DNA of 49,335 bases from a virus. Lineage: Duplodnaviria > Caudoviricetes. Location: IMG/VR virus record IMGVR_UViG_3300032312_000346, positions 1 to 49,335 of that record; one strand, given 5' to 3'. Positions 7,916-18,099 of this stretch are shown piece after piece (within the stretch, counting starts at the first letter, position 1; the number at the start of each line of letters is the position of its first letter). Position numbers and translations under genes: made by a program. The notes beneath the pieces are model-generated. The model was not told where the DNA came from. It worked only from the letters and a program-made list of their open reading frames with translations, and did no database searches.

Positions 7916-9775
7916 ATGCAACTAATAACATTAGATTTTGAAACCTATTACGACAAAGACTTTAGCCTTTCAAAGATAACAACAGAAGAATACGTACGTA
8001 GTAAGCAGTTCGAAGTGATTGGTGTCGCTACTAAAGTAGATGATGGTCCGATTGTGTGGGCGACAGGTACGTATAAAGAACTTAAGGAGCACTTAGATTC
8101 CCTACCGTGGGAGAACCACCTTATGCTTGCACAGAACACAGCGTTCGATGCGGCTATCCTCAATTGGCGATTCGGAATTAAACCTGCAGGCTACTTAGAT
8201 ACCATGAGTATGGCAATGGCTATTCACGGGCTGGAGCAATCAGTGAGCCTAGCTAACCTAGCAGTGATTTACGGTGAAGAGGCTAAAGGTGAGCAGGTCA
8301 AGCAGTACCTCGGGTACCATCGCAAGGACTTCTCCCCACTAGAGCTTGAGGACTACGGTAGCTACTGTAAACATGATGTAGAAATATGTTATAACGTGTT
8401 TAAAAAGATGTTACCTAACTTTCCTAAGAGTGAGTTACGCGTGGTTGATTTGACTATCCGTATGTTTGCCGAGCCTATCCTAGAGCTAGACGAGAAGTTA
8501 TTAGTGGATGACTTGATGAAGATTCGTGCAGACAAACGTGGCTCACTACTGACCATGATGAACTTGCTTGGGGTTAAAGATGAGGACACACTCAAGAAAC
8601 AATTAATGAGTAATGATAAGTTTGCAGAGTTACTCAAGTCGCGTGGTGTTGAACCGCCTACTAAGATTAGTGACAAGACAGGTAAAGAAGCATGGGCATT
8701 TGCTAAGACAGACGAGGAGTTTACTGACCTCATGGACAGCGAAGACCCTATGATTGCTACCCTAGTAGCAACGCGCTTGGCTAACAAGTCGACCATCGGT
8801 GAGACAAGAACAGAATCATATGCAGACATTGCCTCACGTGGTACCTATCCGTTCTCATTGAAATACTCAGGTGCTATGATTACCCACCGCTGGTCAGGCT
8901 TTGATACTAACCCACAGAACTTACCACGTGGTTCGACATTGCGTAAAGCGATTATGGCACCCGATGGACATCAGCTAGTAGTAGCTGACTTGAGTAACAT
9001 TGAGTTACGCTTGGGTATGTGGCTTGCTGGTCAACACGATGCTATACAACAGATTAACGAAGGCATGGACTTGTACCGTGTGTTTGCATCTGAGGCGTTT
9101 AACTTGGACTACAAGAAGATTGGTAAAGATAGTAACGAACGGTTCATTTCAAAGGTGTGTTGCTTATCATTAATCTATGGTACAGGCGCATTGAAGCTAC
9201 GTGAGACTATCCGTATACAAAGCAAGGGTAAGACAACCGTATCAGCTAATGAAGCAGAACGCTTAAAGAATTTGTATCGTGATAAGAATACCAGCGTAGC
9301 TGATGCGTGGCGCGAAGGTGGGCAGGTACTGGAATGGATTAGGAACAATGAGTCGCATACTGTGTATGACTTCTTACCTGTGCTTGGTTCGGCTGGGATT
9401 ATTAAACCTAATGGCTTGTCGTTACCATACCCTAACTTGACTGAGAGTGTAGGAGTCAAAGGGAACGAATGGCATTATGATGTGCGCCGTGGTCGTGCAA
9501 CGATGAAAGATAAAGTGTATGGCTCAAAGGTTTTCCAACGTGTAACACAAAGCCTAGCACGTGACATCATGGCAGAGCATACTAGCAACATTAACAAAAA
9601 ATACTGGGTTGCAGGATTGGTACATGATGAGGTAATATGTGTAGTGCCTGATGGTGAAGTAGAAGAAGCAAAGACATTCATTACAAAAATGATGCGTACA
9701 CCACCAACATGGGCTAAAGATTTACCGTTAGATTGTGAAGTAGGTTCGGGGAAAAGATATGGCAACGCTAAGTAA
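7916..9775 (+). CDS. polA: DNA polymerase family A with 3'-5' exonuclease
   Basis: ExoI LDFET, ExoII NTAFD, ExoIII YCKHD; motif A ADLSNIELR, motif B RFISKVCCLSLIYG, motif C VHDE. Confidence 0.95.
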   Translation: MQLITLDFETYYDKDFSLSKITTEEYVRSKQFEVIGVATKVDDGPIVWATGTYKELKEHLDSLPWENHLMLAQNTAFDAAILNWRFGIKPAGYLDTMSMAMAIHGLEQSVSLANLAVIYGEEAKGEQVKQYLGYHRKDFSPLELEDYGSYCKHDVEICYNVFKKMLPNFPKSELRVVDLTIRMFAEPILELDEKLLVDDLMKIRADKRGSLLTMMNLLGVKDEDTLKKQLMSNDKFAELLKSRGVEPPTKISDKTGKEAWAFAKTDEEFTDLMDSEDPMIATLVATRLANKSTIGETRTESYADIASRGTYPFSLKYSGAMITHRWSGFDTNPQNLPRGSTLRKAIMAPDGHQLVVADLSNIELRLGMWLAGQHDAIQQINEGMDLYRVFASEAFNLDYKKIGKDSNERFISKVCCLSLIYGTGALKLRETIRIQSKGKTTVSANEAERLKNLYRDKNTSVADAWREGGQVLEWIRNNESHTVYDFLPVLGSAGIIKPNGLSLPYPNLTESVGVKGNEWHYDVRRGRATMKDKVYGSKVFQRVTQSLARDIMAEHTSNINKKYWVAGLVHDEVICVVPDGEVEEAKTFITKMMRTPPTWAKDLPLDCEVGSGKRYGNAK

Positions 9776-10367
9776 TATTGAACCACAGGGATTTGGGCTG
9801 TATAGGAAAAGCGATTCTATATACAGAGGTCGTTCTAATTATCTAGTATCTACTGGAACAGCATGCTACGAAGACGATGGGTATGATGAAACAGATGCAT
9901 TAGCTATTGTTAGTATGTTGAAGGACCAAATTGACCAAGGACAAGGAACGTACTTTACTAGTCTATTGGGATGGTCATGCGCGACAGGTTTACAACCCGT
10001 TAGCCAAGAGACGCATGATAAATGGCTAAATCAAGTAACACCTGATGCTATGGATGAATACAGCAGGCCAAAAAAACAGGCGCGAGTAGAACCGAAAGTA
10101 AATGTAGCGCGAGTAGTACCTAAGATTGTGGACGCCCCTATCCCCCGTACACCGCCAAAGCTATACACGTTACAGCAAGATTGGCAAGCCGTAGAATATT
10201 GGATACGCGCAGTTGCATTTATAGATAAAATAGAAATTATAAGAACAATTGATTCAATTACACAGATTGCTAAATGGATTAGGCAAGACGAACCTAAGAA
10301 GATTAGAAGTAGAAATCCTATTTCGCTTGCCCAAGTGCGAACTATACTAAAGGAGTTTGAAAAATAA
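9759..10367 (+). CDS. hypothetical protein
   Basis: 202-aa ORF filling the space between polA and the nuclease. Confidence 0.6.
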   Translation: MATLSNIEPQGFGLYRKSDSIYRGRSNYLVSTGTACYEDDGYDETDALAIVSMLKDQIDQGQGTYFTSLLGWSCATGLQPVSQETHDKWLNQVTPDAMDEYSRPKKQARVEPKVNVARVVPKIVDAPIPRTPPKLYTLQQDWQAVEYWIRAVAFIDKIEIIRTIDSITQIAKWIRQDEPKKIRSRNPISLAQVRTILKEFEK

Positions 10368-11048
10368 ATGGCATATAGTTACTCAGCAATAAAAGCCTTC
10401 AAGAACTGCCAACGACAGTATTACGAAACACGGATACTAAAGAACTGGCCGACTCCTGAAACGGAAGCCATCATGTACGGCAAGGATGTACATAAGGCAC
10501 TTGAAGATTATATTGGTGAGAACAAGCCGTTGGGTCCGCATACTAGGTTTCAACCTATTGCTGATTCAATCATAGCTTTAGAAGGTGAGAAGTTAACAGA
10601 GTTTGAAATGGCACTGGATGATAACCTAGAACCGTGTGAGTTTTTAAGTGAAGGTGCTTTCATACGTGGTGTCGCTGACATTGTAGTAGTAGACAAAGAA
10701 AAGAAACGTGCGTACATCGGTGACTATAAAACAGGCAGTGCCAAGTACCCTGACACCGACCAGCTAGAGCTTATGGCGTTGATGATATTCAGATACTTCC
10801 CTGAAGTAGAGCATGTAAAAGCCGCTCTATTATTTATTGTGCATGACAAAGTAATAACTGCTGAGTACCACAAGAAAGACGCGAAGCCGAAATGGAAGCA
10901 GTGGCTGGCTAAAGTAGAAACAATGGAGCATGCTGCCTCTATGAATATGTATCACGAGAATCCGACAGGTCTATGCGGATGGTGTGAAGTAATAACATGC
11001 CCCCACAACACTAAAGATAGACGTATATCAAAATCAAGGAGATACTAA
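10368..11048 (+). CDS. Cas4-like PD-(D/E)XK exonuclease
   Basis: SYS...C, G..VH..LE, AD, DYKTG, QL..MA, C-terminal CGWC...CP. Confidence 0.88.
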   Translation: MAYSYSAIKAFKNCQRQYYETRILKNWPTPETEAIMYGKDVHKALEDYIGENKPLGPHTRFQPIADSIIALEGEKLTEFEMALDDNLEPCEFLSEGAFIRGVADIVVVDKEKKRAYIGDYKTGSAKYPDTDQLELMALMIFRYFPEVEHVKAALLFIVHDKVITAEYHKKDAKPKWKQWLAKVETMEHAASMNMYHENPTGLCGWCEVITCPHNTKDRRISKSRRY

Positions 11049-11254
11049 TGGTGATAGCTGATGGATTCGACGATGCCATAATCGGAGAGACGACAAAAGA
11101 AATAGTGGTTTATAATGTAGCTACTATCATTGATATATTAATGGAACGTGATGGTATGACCGAAGATGAAGCATTCGAGTATTTCGACTTTAACATTGAC
11201 GGTAGCTACATGGGAGAACAAACTCCCATCTTTATATACTTAAACGAGGATTAA
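11048..11254 (+). CDS. conserved acidic phage protein
   Basis: ADGFDDAIIG...EA.EYFDFNI.G.Y.GE.TP pattern. Confidence 0.75.
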   Translation: MVIADGFDDAIIGETTKEIVVYNVATIIDILMERDGMTEDEAFEYFDFNIDGSYMGEQTPIFIYLNED

Positions 11255-11257
11255 ATC

Positions 11258-11533
11258 ATGCCGAGAAGTAAAGATTGTAAACCAGGATGTGAAGAATACA
11301 AGAAAGAATGGGAGTATCAGAAACGAACTGGGGATAATAAAAAAAATACAGAACGTGCTAAAGCTCGCCGAATGTATGATAAACTAGGAATCGACCGTAA
11401 AGGTAAACACATAGACCATATAAAACCACTTGAGTCAGGTGGTACATCAGCTAAAAGTAATCTAAGGCTTGTGTCTGAGAGCACAAACGTAAAGAAAAAT
11501 CTCCATAAAAAAGGAGAAAAGAAAGGTAAGTAA
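11258..11533 (+). CDS. small HNH endonuclease
   Basis: IDHIKPL..GG....NL......N. Confidence 0.8.
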   Translation: MPRSKDCKPGCEEYKKEWEYQKRTGDNKKNTERAKARRMYDKLGIDRKGKHIDHIKPLESGGTSAKSNLRLVSESTNVKKNLHKKGEKKGK

Positions 11534-13095
11534 TGGAGATAGTAGATAACAAAGCGCTTTTAGTAACAGTAAGAAACCCAAAGCGTTTTACCGATGCAAT
11601 AGCAAGTAGTGTAAACCTAGGCGAGATATCCGATGGTATATATGAACTGATGGTTAAGTGGGATTACGAGAATGCCGTAGCCCTAACTAAACTAGGCTTA
11701 AAAAAAGTACCATCAGTTATTGAAAAAGATTACGTATGGGCAGGTAAGTTTAAACCAATGGCTCACCAAAAAGTGACTGCTGGATTTATTGTTAACAACC
11801 AAAAGTGTTTTGTATTTAACGAGCAAGGTGTTGGTAAGACAGCAAGCGCGGCATGGGCAGTAGACTACTTGATGACCAAAGATAAGGTTAAAAGAGTATT
11901 AGTTGTATGCCCGTTGTCTATTATGAAAGCCGCATGGCAACGTGATTTATTCCAAGTCCTACCCCATCGTTCAGTAGGTATCGCACACGGCACCCCCAAA
12001 GCACGGCGTACAATCATTCAAGGCGACTATGAGTTTGTCATACTAAACTTTGACGGTATTGAGATTGTGCTAGAAGAATTAAAAGAAGCTAACTTTGATT
12101 GCATCATTGTGGATGAAGCCAATGCATTTAAGTCTACACAGACCCGTAGATGGAAAGCGTTTAGACAATTAGTAACACCTACCACCCGACTAATAATGAT
12201 GACAGGTACACCAGCGGCTCAGTCGCCCGAAGATGCGTATGGCTTGGCTAAGTTAGTCAGTCCACAAAATGTACCAATGTTCATGAGTGGTTGGAAAGAC
12301 CTAGTGATGCAGAAGATTACTACATTCAAATGGATACCACGCCCACGTGCTAAAGAAATTGTATACAAAGCACTACAACCAGCAATCCGATTTACTAAAG
12401 AAGAATGCCTAGACCTACCTGACATCACATACGAAACGCGTGAGGTACCTATGACTCCGCAACAATCTAAATACTATGATGTTTTGAGGAAGCAGTTATT
12501 GATTGAAGCGGCTGGTGAATCAGTCAGTGCAGTCAATGCGGCGGCAAAGCTAAACAAGTTATTACAAATCTCATGCGGTGCAGTGTACTCAGACGAAGGC
12601 GCTCCGCTTTATTTTGATATTAGTAATCGCTTGGCAGAACTAGAAGCTGTGATTGATGAGAGCTTAAAGAAAGTGATTGTGTTTGCACCATTTACACATA
12701 CGATTGAAGTGATACAAAAATACCTAACAAAAAAGAAAATAACCTGTGCAGTAATTAACGGAGCAGTATCAGCAAACAAACGCGCTACACATATTCAAAA
12801 CTTCCAAGAGTTACCTGACCCTCGCGTATTAGTAATTCAACCACAAGCGGCGGCACATGGTATTACTTTAACAGCGGCGAATACTATTGTTTGGTTTGGT
12901 CCTACGTCAAGCGTTGAGACCTACCTACAGGCAAATGCAAGGGCGCACCGTAAGGGACAAGACCATAAAGTTACCGTAATAATGTTACAAGGTAGCCCTG
13001 CGGAAAGCCATATGTACACCATGCTAAATGGTAAAGTTGAATCCCACAACCAGCTTGTTGATTTGTATAGTAACATATTAGCTCAAAATAATTAA
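11533..13095 (+). CDS. SNF2-family (SF2) helicase
   Basis: EQGVGKT, IVDEA, MTGTP, HGITLT, QANARAHRKGQ. Confidence 0.92.
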   Translation: MEIVDNKALLVTVRNPKRFTDAIASSVNLGEISDGIYELMVKWDYENAVALTKLGLKKVPSVIEKDYVWAGKFKPMAHQKVTAGFIVNNQKCFVFNEQGVGKTASAAWAVDYLMTKDKVKRVLVVCPLSIMKAAWQRDLFQVLPHRSVGIAHGTPKARRTIIQGDYEFVILNFDGIEIVLEELKEANFDCIIVDEANAFKSTQTRRWKAFRQLVTPTTRLIMMTGTPAAQSPEDAYGLAKLVSPQNVPMFMSGWKDLVMQKITTFKWIPRPRAKEIVYKALQPAIRFTKEECLDLPDITYETREVPMTPQQSKYYDVLRKQLLIEAAGESVSAVNAAAKLNKLLQISCGAVYSDEGAPLYFDISNRLAELEAVIDESLKKVIVFAPFTHTIEVIQKYLTKKKITCAVINGAVSANKRATHIQNFQELPDPRVLVIQPQAAAHGITLTAANTIVWFGPTSSVETYLQANARAHRKGQDHKVTVIMLQGSPAESHMYTMLNGKVESHNQLVDLYSNILAQNN

Positions 13096-13103
13096 TAAAA
13101 TAC

Positions 13104-13132
13104 TTGACGACACTGTATGATACCTGTACACT
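13104..13132 (+). promoter_or_regulatory. sigma70-like promoter
   Basis: TTGACG-17 nt-TACACT in intergenic gap before 13163. Confidence 0.6.
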
Positions 13133-13162
13133 GTCTCTTGCTGTTTAAATAAGGAGAGTGAT

Positions 13163-13558
13163 ATGACTATTACAATTGATAAGCTGGTTGCTATTCATCG
13201 CAAGATGGAAGTAGCAATGGCTGAATATCAAGCTAAGATTGACGAGATTGAGGCACAGCGCCAAGAAGTTCGTAACACTATTTTAGAAATGATGAAAGAG
13301 CAAAAACTAGAATCAGTGCGTACGGATAGCGGTACTGTAACCAAAGGAGTCAAAGATAGATACTGGACGAATGACTGGCCTGCTTTGCATCAATACATTA
13401 TTGAGCACGGTGCGGTTGGTTTACTTCAACAACGTATCCATGAAACAAATATGCGTGATTGGATTGCCGCGCATCCAAATGATTTCCCACCTAGTCTGAA
13501 TATCGACAGGGAGTATGGGATTACAATCCGTAAACCATCAACAAAGAAGGAGCTGTAA
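13163..13558 (+). CDS. conserved phage replication-module protein
   Basis: AAGGAG RBS; coiled coil then SVRT..GT, DW...Y, LLQQRI. Confidence 0.7.
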   Translation: MTITIDKLVAIHRKMEVAMAEYQAKIDEIEAQRQEVRNTILEMMKEQKLESVRTDSGTVTKGVKDRYWTNDWPALHQYIIEHGAVGLLQQRIHETNMRDWIAAHPNDFPPSLNIDREYGITIRKPSTKKEL

Positions 13559-13747
13559 ATGAGTGACAATCAAGAAACACCGTTACTGAATATACAACAA
13601 GCATCACTGTATATTCAATTAAGTACCGCGACATTAGCACGTATGAGAAAAGATAATAACGGTCCAGCGTATGTTAAGTTGGGTGCCCGTGTGTTATATC
13701 GTAAGACAGATTTAGATGCTTACATCGAATCTAATATTAGTCATTAA
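13559..13747 (+). CDS. AlpA/excisionase-like helix-turn-helix protein
   Basis: LL....A..Y..LS..TL...R....GP.YVKLG.RVLYR..DLDAYI. Confidence 0.85.
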   Translation: MSDNQETPLLNIQQASLYIQLSTATLARMRKDNNGPAYVKLGARVLYRKTDLDAYIESNISH

Positions 13748-13758
13748 GGAGAGTAAAA

Positions 13759-14685
13759 ATGGCAACAGAATTAACAATGTTTAGTGGTAACGCAATCCCA
13801 GCACATATTGCGAAACGTGAATTAAGTAAAACAACATTAGCACTTGCAGGAGCTTCTTCAGGTAGCACAACAAAACGTATCTCTATTGAAGGCGGTGTAT
13901 TCCGTATGATGGTAGGCGGTAAGGAAGTTGCTAAGAATACAGACCGTTCAATGAATGTAGCTATCGTTAGTACAGCACCAGCGAACAGTCGTATTTATTA
14001 TGACCCAACAGTTCCATATGTACGTGGTCAAGCATCAGCACCGACTTGCTCATCAACAGATGGCGTTAAACCAAACCCAGGCACAAAGACACCACAAGCG
14101 TCAACGTGCGCTACATGCCCTCAAAACATCGCGGGTTCAGGTAATGGTGAGTCACGTGCTTGCCGTTTCCAACGTCGTTTAGCAGTCGTACTTGAAGGTG
14201 ATATGACAGGTGATGTATATCAAGTTATCTTGCCAGCGACTTCTATCTTTGGTAAAGGTCACGGTACACAGCAGTTGCCGTTAGAAGCCTATGCACGTAT
14301 GTTGCATGGTAACCGTGTGGGTGTTGATTCAGTAGTAACTAAGATGGAATTTGATACAGACTCATCTACACCTAAGTTGGTATTTTCTCCAGCACGTTTC
14401 TTGGAAGAGCATGAGCAAGCTATTGTTGACCGTCAAGCAGACACCCCTGAAGCTGAACGCGCAATTGGTTTGAACGCATACCAAGTAGATACAGGTGCTC
14501 CAGCTATTGCGGCGCCAAAACCTACTACCATAGTGGATACTACAGCGGCACCTAAAGCATCAGGATTTCAACCAGTAGCGGTAGACGAAGAAGAAGCTAT
14601 CCCTGAACCAGTCAAGGCTAAACCAGTTGATGCAGATGCACGTTCTGCAAAAATTGCAAATGTACTGGACGCGTGGAGCGACTAA
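13759..14685 (+). CDS. putative single-stranded DNA-binding/annealing protein
   Basis: Between helicase and primase; C..D...C.TCP...C motif; acidic Ala/Pro-rich tail ending WSD; strong RBS. Confidence 0.55.
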   Translation: MATELTMFSGNAIPAHIAKRELSKTTLALAGASSGSTTKRISIEGGVFRMMVGGKEVAKNTDRSMNVAIVSTAPANSRIYYDPTVPYVRGQASAPTCSSTDGVKPNPGTKTPQASTCATCPQNIAGSGNGESRACRFQRRLAVVLEGDMTGDVYQVILPATSIFGKGHGTQQLPLEAYARMLHGNRVGVDSVVTKMEFDTDSSTPKLVFSPARFLEEHEQAIVDRQADTPEAERAIGLNAYQVDTGAPAIAAPKPTTIVDTTAAPKASGFQPVAVDEEEAIPEPVKAKPVDADARSAKIANVLDAWSD

Positions 14686-14696
14686 CTTTATAATAG

Positions 14697-14728
14697 ATAC
14701 ACCTGCCCTTACGGGTGGGTGTATTTTT
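14697..14728 (+). terminator. Rho-independent terminator
   Basis: ATACACCTGCCC-TTAC-GGGTGGGTGTAT followed by T run. Confidence 0.75.
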
Positions 14729-14748
14729 CACTAACAACGGAGAACAAA

Positions 14749-14916
14749 ATGCAAACAAAAAGACCACTAATAGGTTTTACGACAGAAGGTATACTAGAAC
14801 TAATCCAAAAACGTAAGGATATGGTATACGGCTTACAGCTTGAAATCAGAGACTTAACTGAAGAATTAGAATTTAGACTAGACCCAAATCCACCAGTCCA
14901 ACTAGAACTGTTTTAA
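14749..14916 (+). CDS. small hypothetical protein
   Basis: GGAG RBS before ATG 14749; ends QLELF. Confidence 0.55.
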   Translation: MQTKRPLIGFTTEGILELIQKRKDMVYGLQLEIRDLTEELEFRLDPNPPVQLELF

Positions 14917-14928
14917 TAAAGGCACACC

Positions 14929-17835
14929 ATGAATACGCTAATTAATAGCGTGGTGCCTTCTATTGGGACCTACTGCCTCACTACCATTCAAGGTAAAGCG
15001 ATTGTACAGACTTTTTACGACAGTAAAGATGTACTCGTAGCCGCTGGTATTGACGCGTCAGCGCAAGGTAAAAACGCATACTATGCTATGGCATCGTTTA
15101 ATGATGCAAGCACACGTACACAAGATAATGTGTTACGGCTCAAAGCGTTTTGGCTTGATGTCGACTGTAAAAATAAAGACCCACTTAAAGACTACGCTAA
15201 CAAACAAGATGGTATTGTAGCCATCCAAAGTTTCTGCGCTCGTCACTCGTTCCCTCGACCAACCATCGTTGATTCAGGCAATGGCTGGCATGTGTATTGG
15301 ATACTGGATACCGAAGTTACAAAAGCCGAATGGCAACCAGTCGCTGATAAATTAAAGTCATTGTGCTTGAATGACAACCTACGCATTGACCCAGCATGTA
15401 CAGCGGACAGCGCTCGGATTTTACGAATCCCTACGACATTAAACTATCGCTTTGACCCACCGTCAGTAGTTGAGTTGAAGCTGGAAAGTAAGCCCGTAAT
15501 GTTTGAGGCTTTCAAAGGCTTGATAGACTTAGCTTTTGTGACATTGAATATAAAGCCTACCTTAAAGATTGCTGGAACACCTACAAAGAAAGAAATGAGT
15601 GCTGTTACTAAAGCGCTGATTGGTAATTCATCTTCATCATTTAAGAAAATCATGAAGCGTAGCTGTGCAGGTACTGGGTGTGAGCAATTACTTTATGGGG
15701 TAACTGAACAAGCAACTATTGACGAACCGTTTTGGAGAGCTACGTTATCTGTAGCCCAGCATTGTAACGATGCGGCTACATCCATTCATTTGGTTTCTAA
15801 TCAGCATCCTGACTATGACTATGATGCTACTGTGGCGAAGGCTGAACAGACAAAAGGTCCGTATACATGTGCAACGTTTGATTCACTGCGCGGTAACGTA
15901 TGTCAGTCTTGCCCTAACTATAATAAAATTACTAGCCCTATACAACTAGGCTCTGAAATACAAGCGGCAACTGCGCCTGTAACGGTTTCTATTGCACCAG
16001 CACCATTACCAGTTACAAAAAAAGTAACTGAAGAACCTAATGTGGGTATCGCACCAGTTGATATGGGAAAGATTGACGCTTCACTTGCGGCATTCCACAA
16101 AGATAAAGATAAGGTAATAATTCCTGTCCCACCAAAGCCGTACATACGCGGTCAGAAGGGTGGGTTGTATAAACAAACTAAATTAGAAGACGGTACAACG
16201 GAAGACGTATTAATATACAAAAACGACTTCTATGCGTATGCGCGTCTAAGAGACCCCGACGAGGGTCAGGTTTTGGCATGTCGACTACACTTGCCATTAG
16301 ATGGTGTTAGAGTTTTTAACATCCCATTAAAATCAGTAGGTTCACGAGACAAACTGAGAGAAATAATTTGTAGTCAAGGCGTAGCGGCTAACGATAAAAA
16401 GATAGCAGAGCTAAGTCAATATTTAATAACATTAACATCGGAGATTGAAGAAATGCAACGCGAAGAAAAAGCAAGAACCCAAATGGGTTGGCAAGACGAT
16501 AATACGTTTGTACTAGGTGCACGTGAGTATTCAAAGAATGGTATTCGTAACTGTCCACCATCAAATGCCACAACAAACTATCAAGCTATGTTCCGTATGG
16601 AAGGCGAGATGTCAGAGTGGCGTAAGGTGGTTGATGTATACAATGCCCCAGGATTTGAAATACATCAGTTTATATTCTACATGGCACTAAGCTCACCTCT
16701 ATTAAGGGCATTAGGGCATCCTGGAATGTTGACTACGTTGATTAGTGACGAGTCAGGTATTGGTAAAACAACTTTAGGTATGGTGTGTAATAGTGTATGG
16801 GGTCACCCACGCGAGATGCTTTCTATGCCACACGATACAATCAATGCAACGGTTAACCGCATGGGTGTATTTAACAGCGTGTCGTTATTCCTAGATGAGT
16901 TTACCAACAAGACACCTGAAGTGTGTAGTGATATTGTGTACATGTCTACAATGGGTCGTGGTAAGAACCGTAGTACTATTACTGGTGTTGAGCGTCCAAA
17001 CAACACGACATGGAATCTAAATTCATTTGCAACAGCAAACGCCGCATTACGTGATAAGTTAGGTTCATTAAAGGCATCTGCTGAAGGTGAGAACATGCGC
17101 TTGTTTGAGTTTGATATGCGTGGTACACCTGTACTACCTAAAGAAGTTGCTGATGCCGTATTTCCATTAATGCAAACTAACTATGGTCTAGCAGGTCACT
17201 TCTTAGCGTCGTGGTTGGTTGAGAACGTAGACAGTTTGAAGCCTATGGTTGAGCGTGTACAACGTAAGATGGATATGCAGTTTAGATTTACCAGTAAAGA
17301 ACGTAACTGGTCACTAGGCGTGGCTTGTGCATATACAATAGCATACGTAGCAAAAGAGTTAAAGATACATGACTTCCCAATCCAAGAAAACATTGAAGCA
17401 ATGGTCAAGCATATCGACCGTATGCGTGGTGAAGTAGAACAAAGCGTTACTCATTACGATGCTTTGATTGCTGACTTCTTGGTAGAGAACCATAGTTATA
17501 TCTTGGTAGTAGACGGCTTACCTGATGCTAACGGATTGTTAGCACCGCCACGTAATAGAAACATCAACAAAATTGTAGCGCGATATGAGCCTGATACTGG
17601 CAAGTTGTATGTAGCTTCTAAAGCGTTACGCGACTACTGCGTACAAAGACAGTTCTCATTCAACAGCTTGATTTCACTATCTAATGCAGTGCTAGGTAAC
17701 AGGCGCTTATCAGCAGGTTCAGGTGTGGTGGCAGGTAATACTCGCACTGTTGAGTTTGATACAAACAAAGTGAATATTGATATGGGTATGTGGCATGACA
17801 TGGAAGCGGAAGTAGATGATACTGCATCTGCCTGA
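14929..17835 (+). CDS. primase-helicase (RepB/AEP-like primase plus DUF927 and P-loop ATPase)
   Basis: WLDVD, DSGNGWHVYW, ARILRIP; Cys cluster; QMGW; Walker A SGIGKTT; Walker B LFLDE. Confidence 0.85.
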   Translation: MNTLINSVVPSIGTYCLTTIQGKAIVQTFYDSKDVLVAAGIDASAQGKNAYYAMASFNDASTRTQDNVLRLKAFWLDVDCKNKDPLKDYANKQDGIVAIQSFCARHSFPRPTIVDSGNGWHVYWILDTEVTKAEWQPVADKLKSLCLNDNLRIDPACTADSARILRIPTTLNYRFDPPSVVELKLESKPVMFEAFKGLIDLAFVTLNIKPTLKIAGTPTKKEMSAVTKALIGNSSSSFKKIMKRSCAGTGCEQLLYGVTEQATIDEPFWRATLSVAQHCNDAATSIHLVSNQHPDYDYDATVAKAEQTKGPYTCATFDSLRGNVCQSCPNYNKITSPIQLGSEIQAATAPVTVSIAPAPLPVTKKVTEEPNVGIAPVDMGKIDASLAAFHKDKDKVIIPVPPKPYIRGQKGGLYKQTKLEDGTTEDVLIYKNDFYAYARLRDPDEGQVLACRLHLPLDGVRVFNIPLKSVGSRDKLREIICSQGVAANDKKIAELSQYLITLTSEIEEMQREEKARTQMGWQDDNTFVLGAREYSKNGIRNCPPSNATTNYQAMFRMEGEMSEWRKVVDVYNAPGFEIHQFIFYMALSSPLLRALGHPGMLTTLISDESGIGKTTLGMVCNSVWGHPREMLSMPHDTINATVNRMGVFNSVSLFLDEFTNKTPEVCSDIVYMSTMGRGKNRSTITGVERPNNTTWNLNSFATANAALRDKLGSLKASAEGENMRLFEFDMRGTPVLPKEVADAVFPLMQTNYGLAGHFLASWLVENVDSLKPMVERVQRKMDMQFRFTSKERNWSLGVACAYTIAYVAKELKIHDFPIQENIEAMVKHIDRMRGEVEQSVTHYDALIADFLVENHSYILVVDGLPDANGLLAPPRNRNINKIVARYEPDTGKLYVASKALRDYCVQRQFSFNSLISLSNAVLGNRRLSAGSGVVAGNTRTVEFDTNKVNIDMGMWHDMEAEVDDTASA

Positions 17836-18019
17836 TGGGGTGGAGATGGAAGTGCCTATCGAGTTTATGGTACCTAAAGATAGCGTTTTCATCCCTACAT
17901 TAAAACCAACAGAACTAAGGCGTATTATTAAAAAGATAGCTAAAGAACTTGAGTATACCGTTGAGATGCGTAACACAGTCGAAGACGGTTACTTAGGTTT
18001 AATGGTGTGGAGACTGTGA
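17816..18019 (+). CDS. conserved small phage protein
   Basis: SVFIPTL...G.MVWR pattern; last gene of the + arm. Confidence 0.65.
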   Translation: MILHLPDGVEMEVPIEFMVPKDSVFIPTLKPTELRRIIKKIAKELEYTVEMRNTVEDGYLGLMVWRL

Positions 18020-18064
18020 TGGACATATTTGGACGTAGTTGGTCTTAAATACTGTTGATAAGTG

Positions 18065-18093
18065 TTGATTTCTATAGTTTACTATAGTATAGT
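18065..18093 (+). promoter_or_regulatory. sigma70-like promoter
   Basis: TTGATT-17 nt-TATAGT with no downstream ORF before the terminator. Confidence 0.6.
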
Positions 18094-18099
18094 TTGACC

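Noticed and set aside
10368-11048. Cas4-like gene as sign of CRISPR-Cas
   Set aside because: No repeat-spacer array or other cas genes seen; solo Cas4-like nucleases are common in phage replication modules
13559-13747. Excisionase as proof of a prophage
   Set aside because: No integrase, att site or flanking host genes visible; AlpA-like HTH proteins also occur in lytic phages
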